From contig JAGCOW010000042.1 in NCBI GenBank assembly GCA_017642535.1, positions 64,777 to 128,776 on the forward strand: a stretch of 64,000 nt of DNA, written 5' to 3'. A model generated the notes under the pieces. It worked only from the letters and a program-made list of their open reading frames with translations. It did no database searches and had not been told where the DNA came from. Positions 63,987 through 64,000 of the stretch are shown piece by piece. The translations under genes were made by a program, and so were the position numbers. Source of the stretch: Bacteroidales bacterium (GTDB lineage: Bacteria > Bacteroidota > Bacteroidia > Bacteroidales > UBA1715). Every line of letters starts with the position of its first letter. Position 1 is the first letter of the stretch.

Positions 63987-64000
63987 ATGGCTGACAGTCA

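Noticed and set aside
63987-64000. An ATG immediately after the PFK stop (ATGGCTGACAGTCA).
   Set aside because: Only 14 nt lie inside the window, so it cannot be evaluated.

Overview
This is a 64-kb chromosomal window from a Bacteroidota-type genome, most likely a Bacteroidales-like anaerobe. The supporting signs are T9SS C-terminal sorting domains, TAnnTTTG promoter boxes, no Shine-Dalgarno sequences, and two rubrerythrin genes. Coding density is high, with about 58 CDS, one tRNA-Phe(GAA) and two gene remnants. I saw no rRNA, CRISPR array, transposase or integrase. The main theme is aromatic amino-acid biosynthesis, split into two clusters. Cluster 1 (2199-7857) holds pheA, tyrA, a DAHP synthase/chorismate mutase fusion, aroB, aroD and a HisC-family aminotransferase. 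Cluster 2 (20194-22739) holds a fused aroE/aroK and aroA, packed directly behind trkA-trkH. Other housekeeping genes are hisD (partial), cysS, plsX-rpmF-yceD, ffh, folD, a PFK, glucokinase, cobB and glycosyltransferases. There are also a 2089-aa T9SS adhesin-like protein, two BNR/Asp-box T9SS paralogs, two iron-uptake-like modules, two-component genes and an AbiL-like ATPase+RloB defence pair. The strongest hunt results are as follows. (1) A 20-codon Phe/Tyr-rich leader ORF, MKLTKTYSFYFYFFYFYFKR, plus a terminator hairpin sit directly upstream of pheA, forming a candidate translation-coupled attenuator. (2) A five-copy motif family with an AATCCC-N8-GGGATT core sits upstream of the imelysin, porin, di-haem and chorismatase-like genes. 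(3) An 86-bp direct repeat, a duplicated gene 3' end, brackets a low-GC ~6-kb segment that carries the defence pair and a BNR/dockerin-like operon. (4) A GTAGAGACG...CGTCTCTAC intergenic hairpin family has five copies. All calls come from reading the sequence and ORF translations by eye. No database search or folding program was run.
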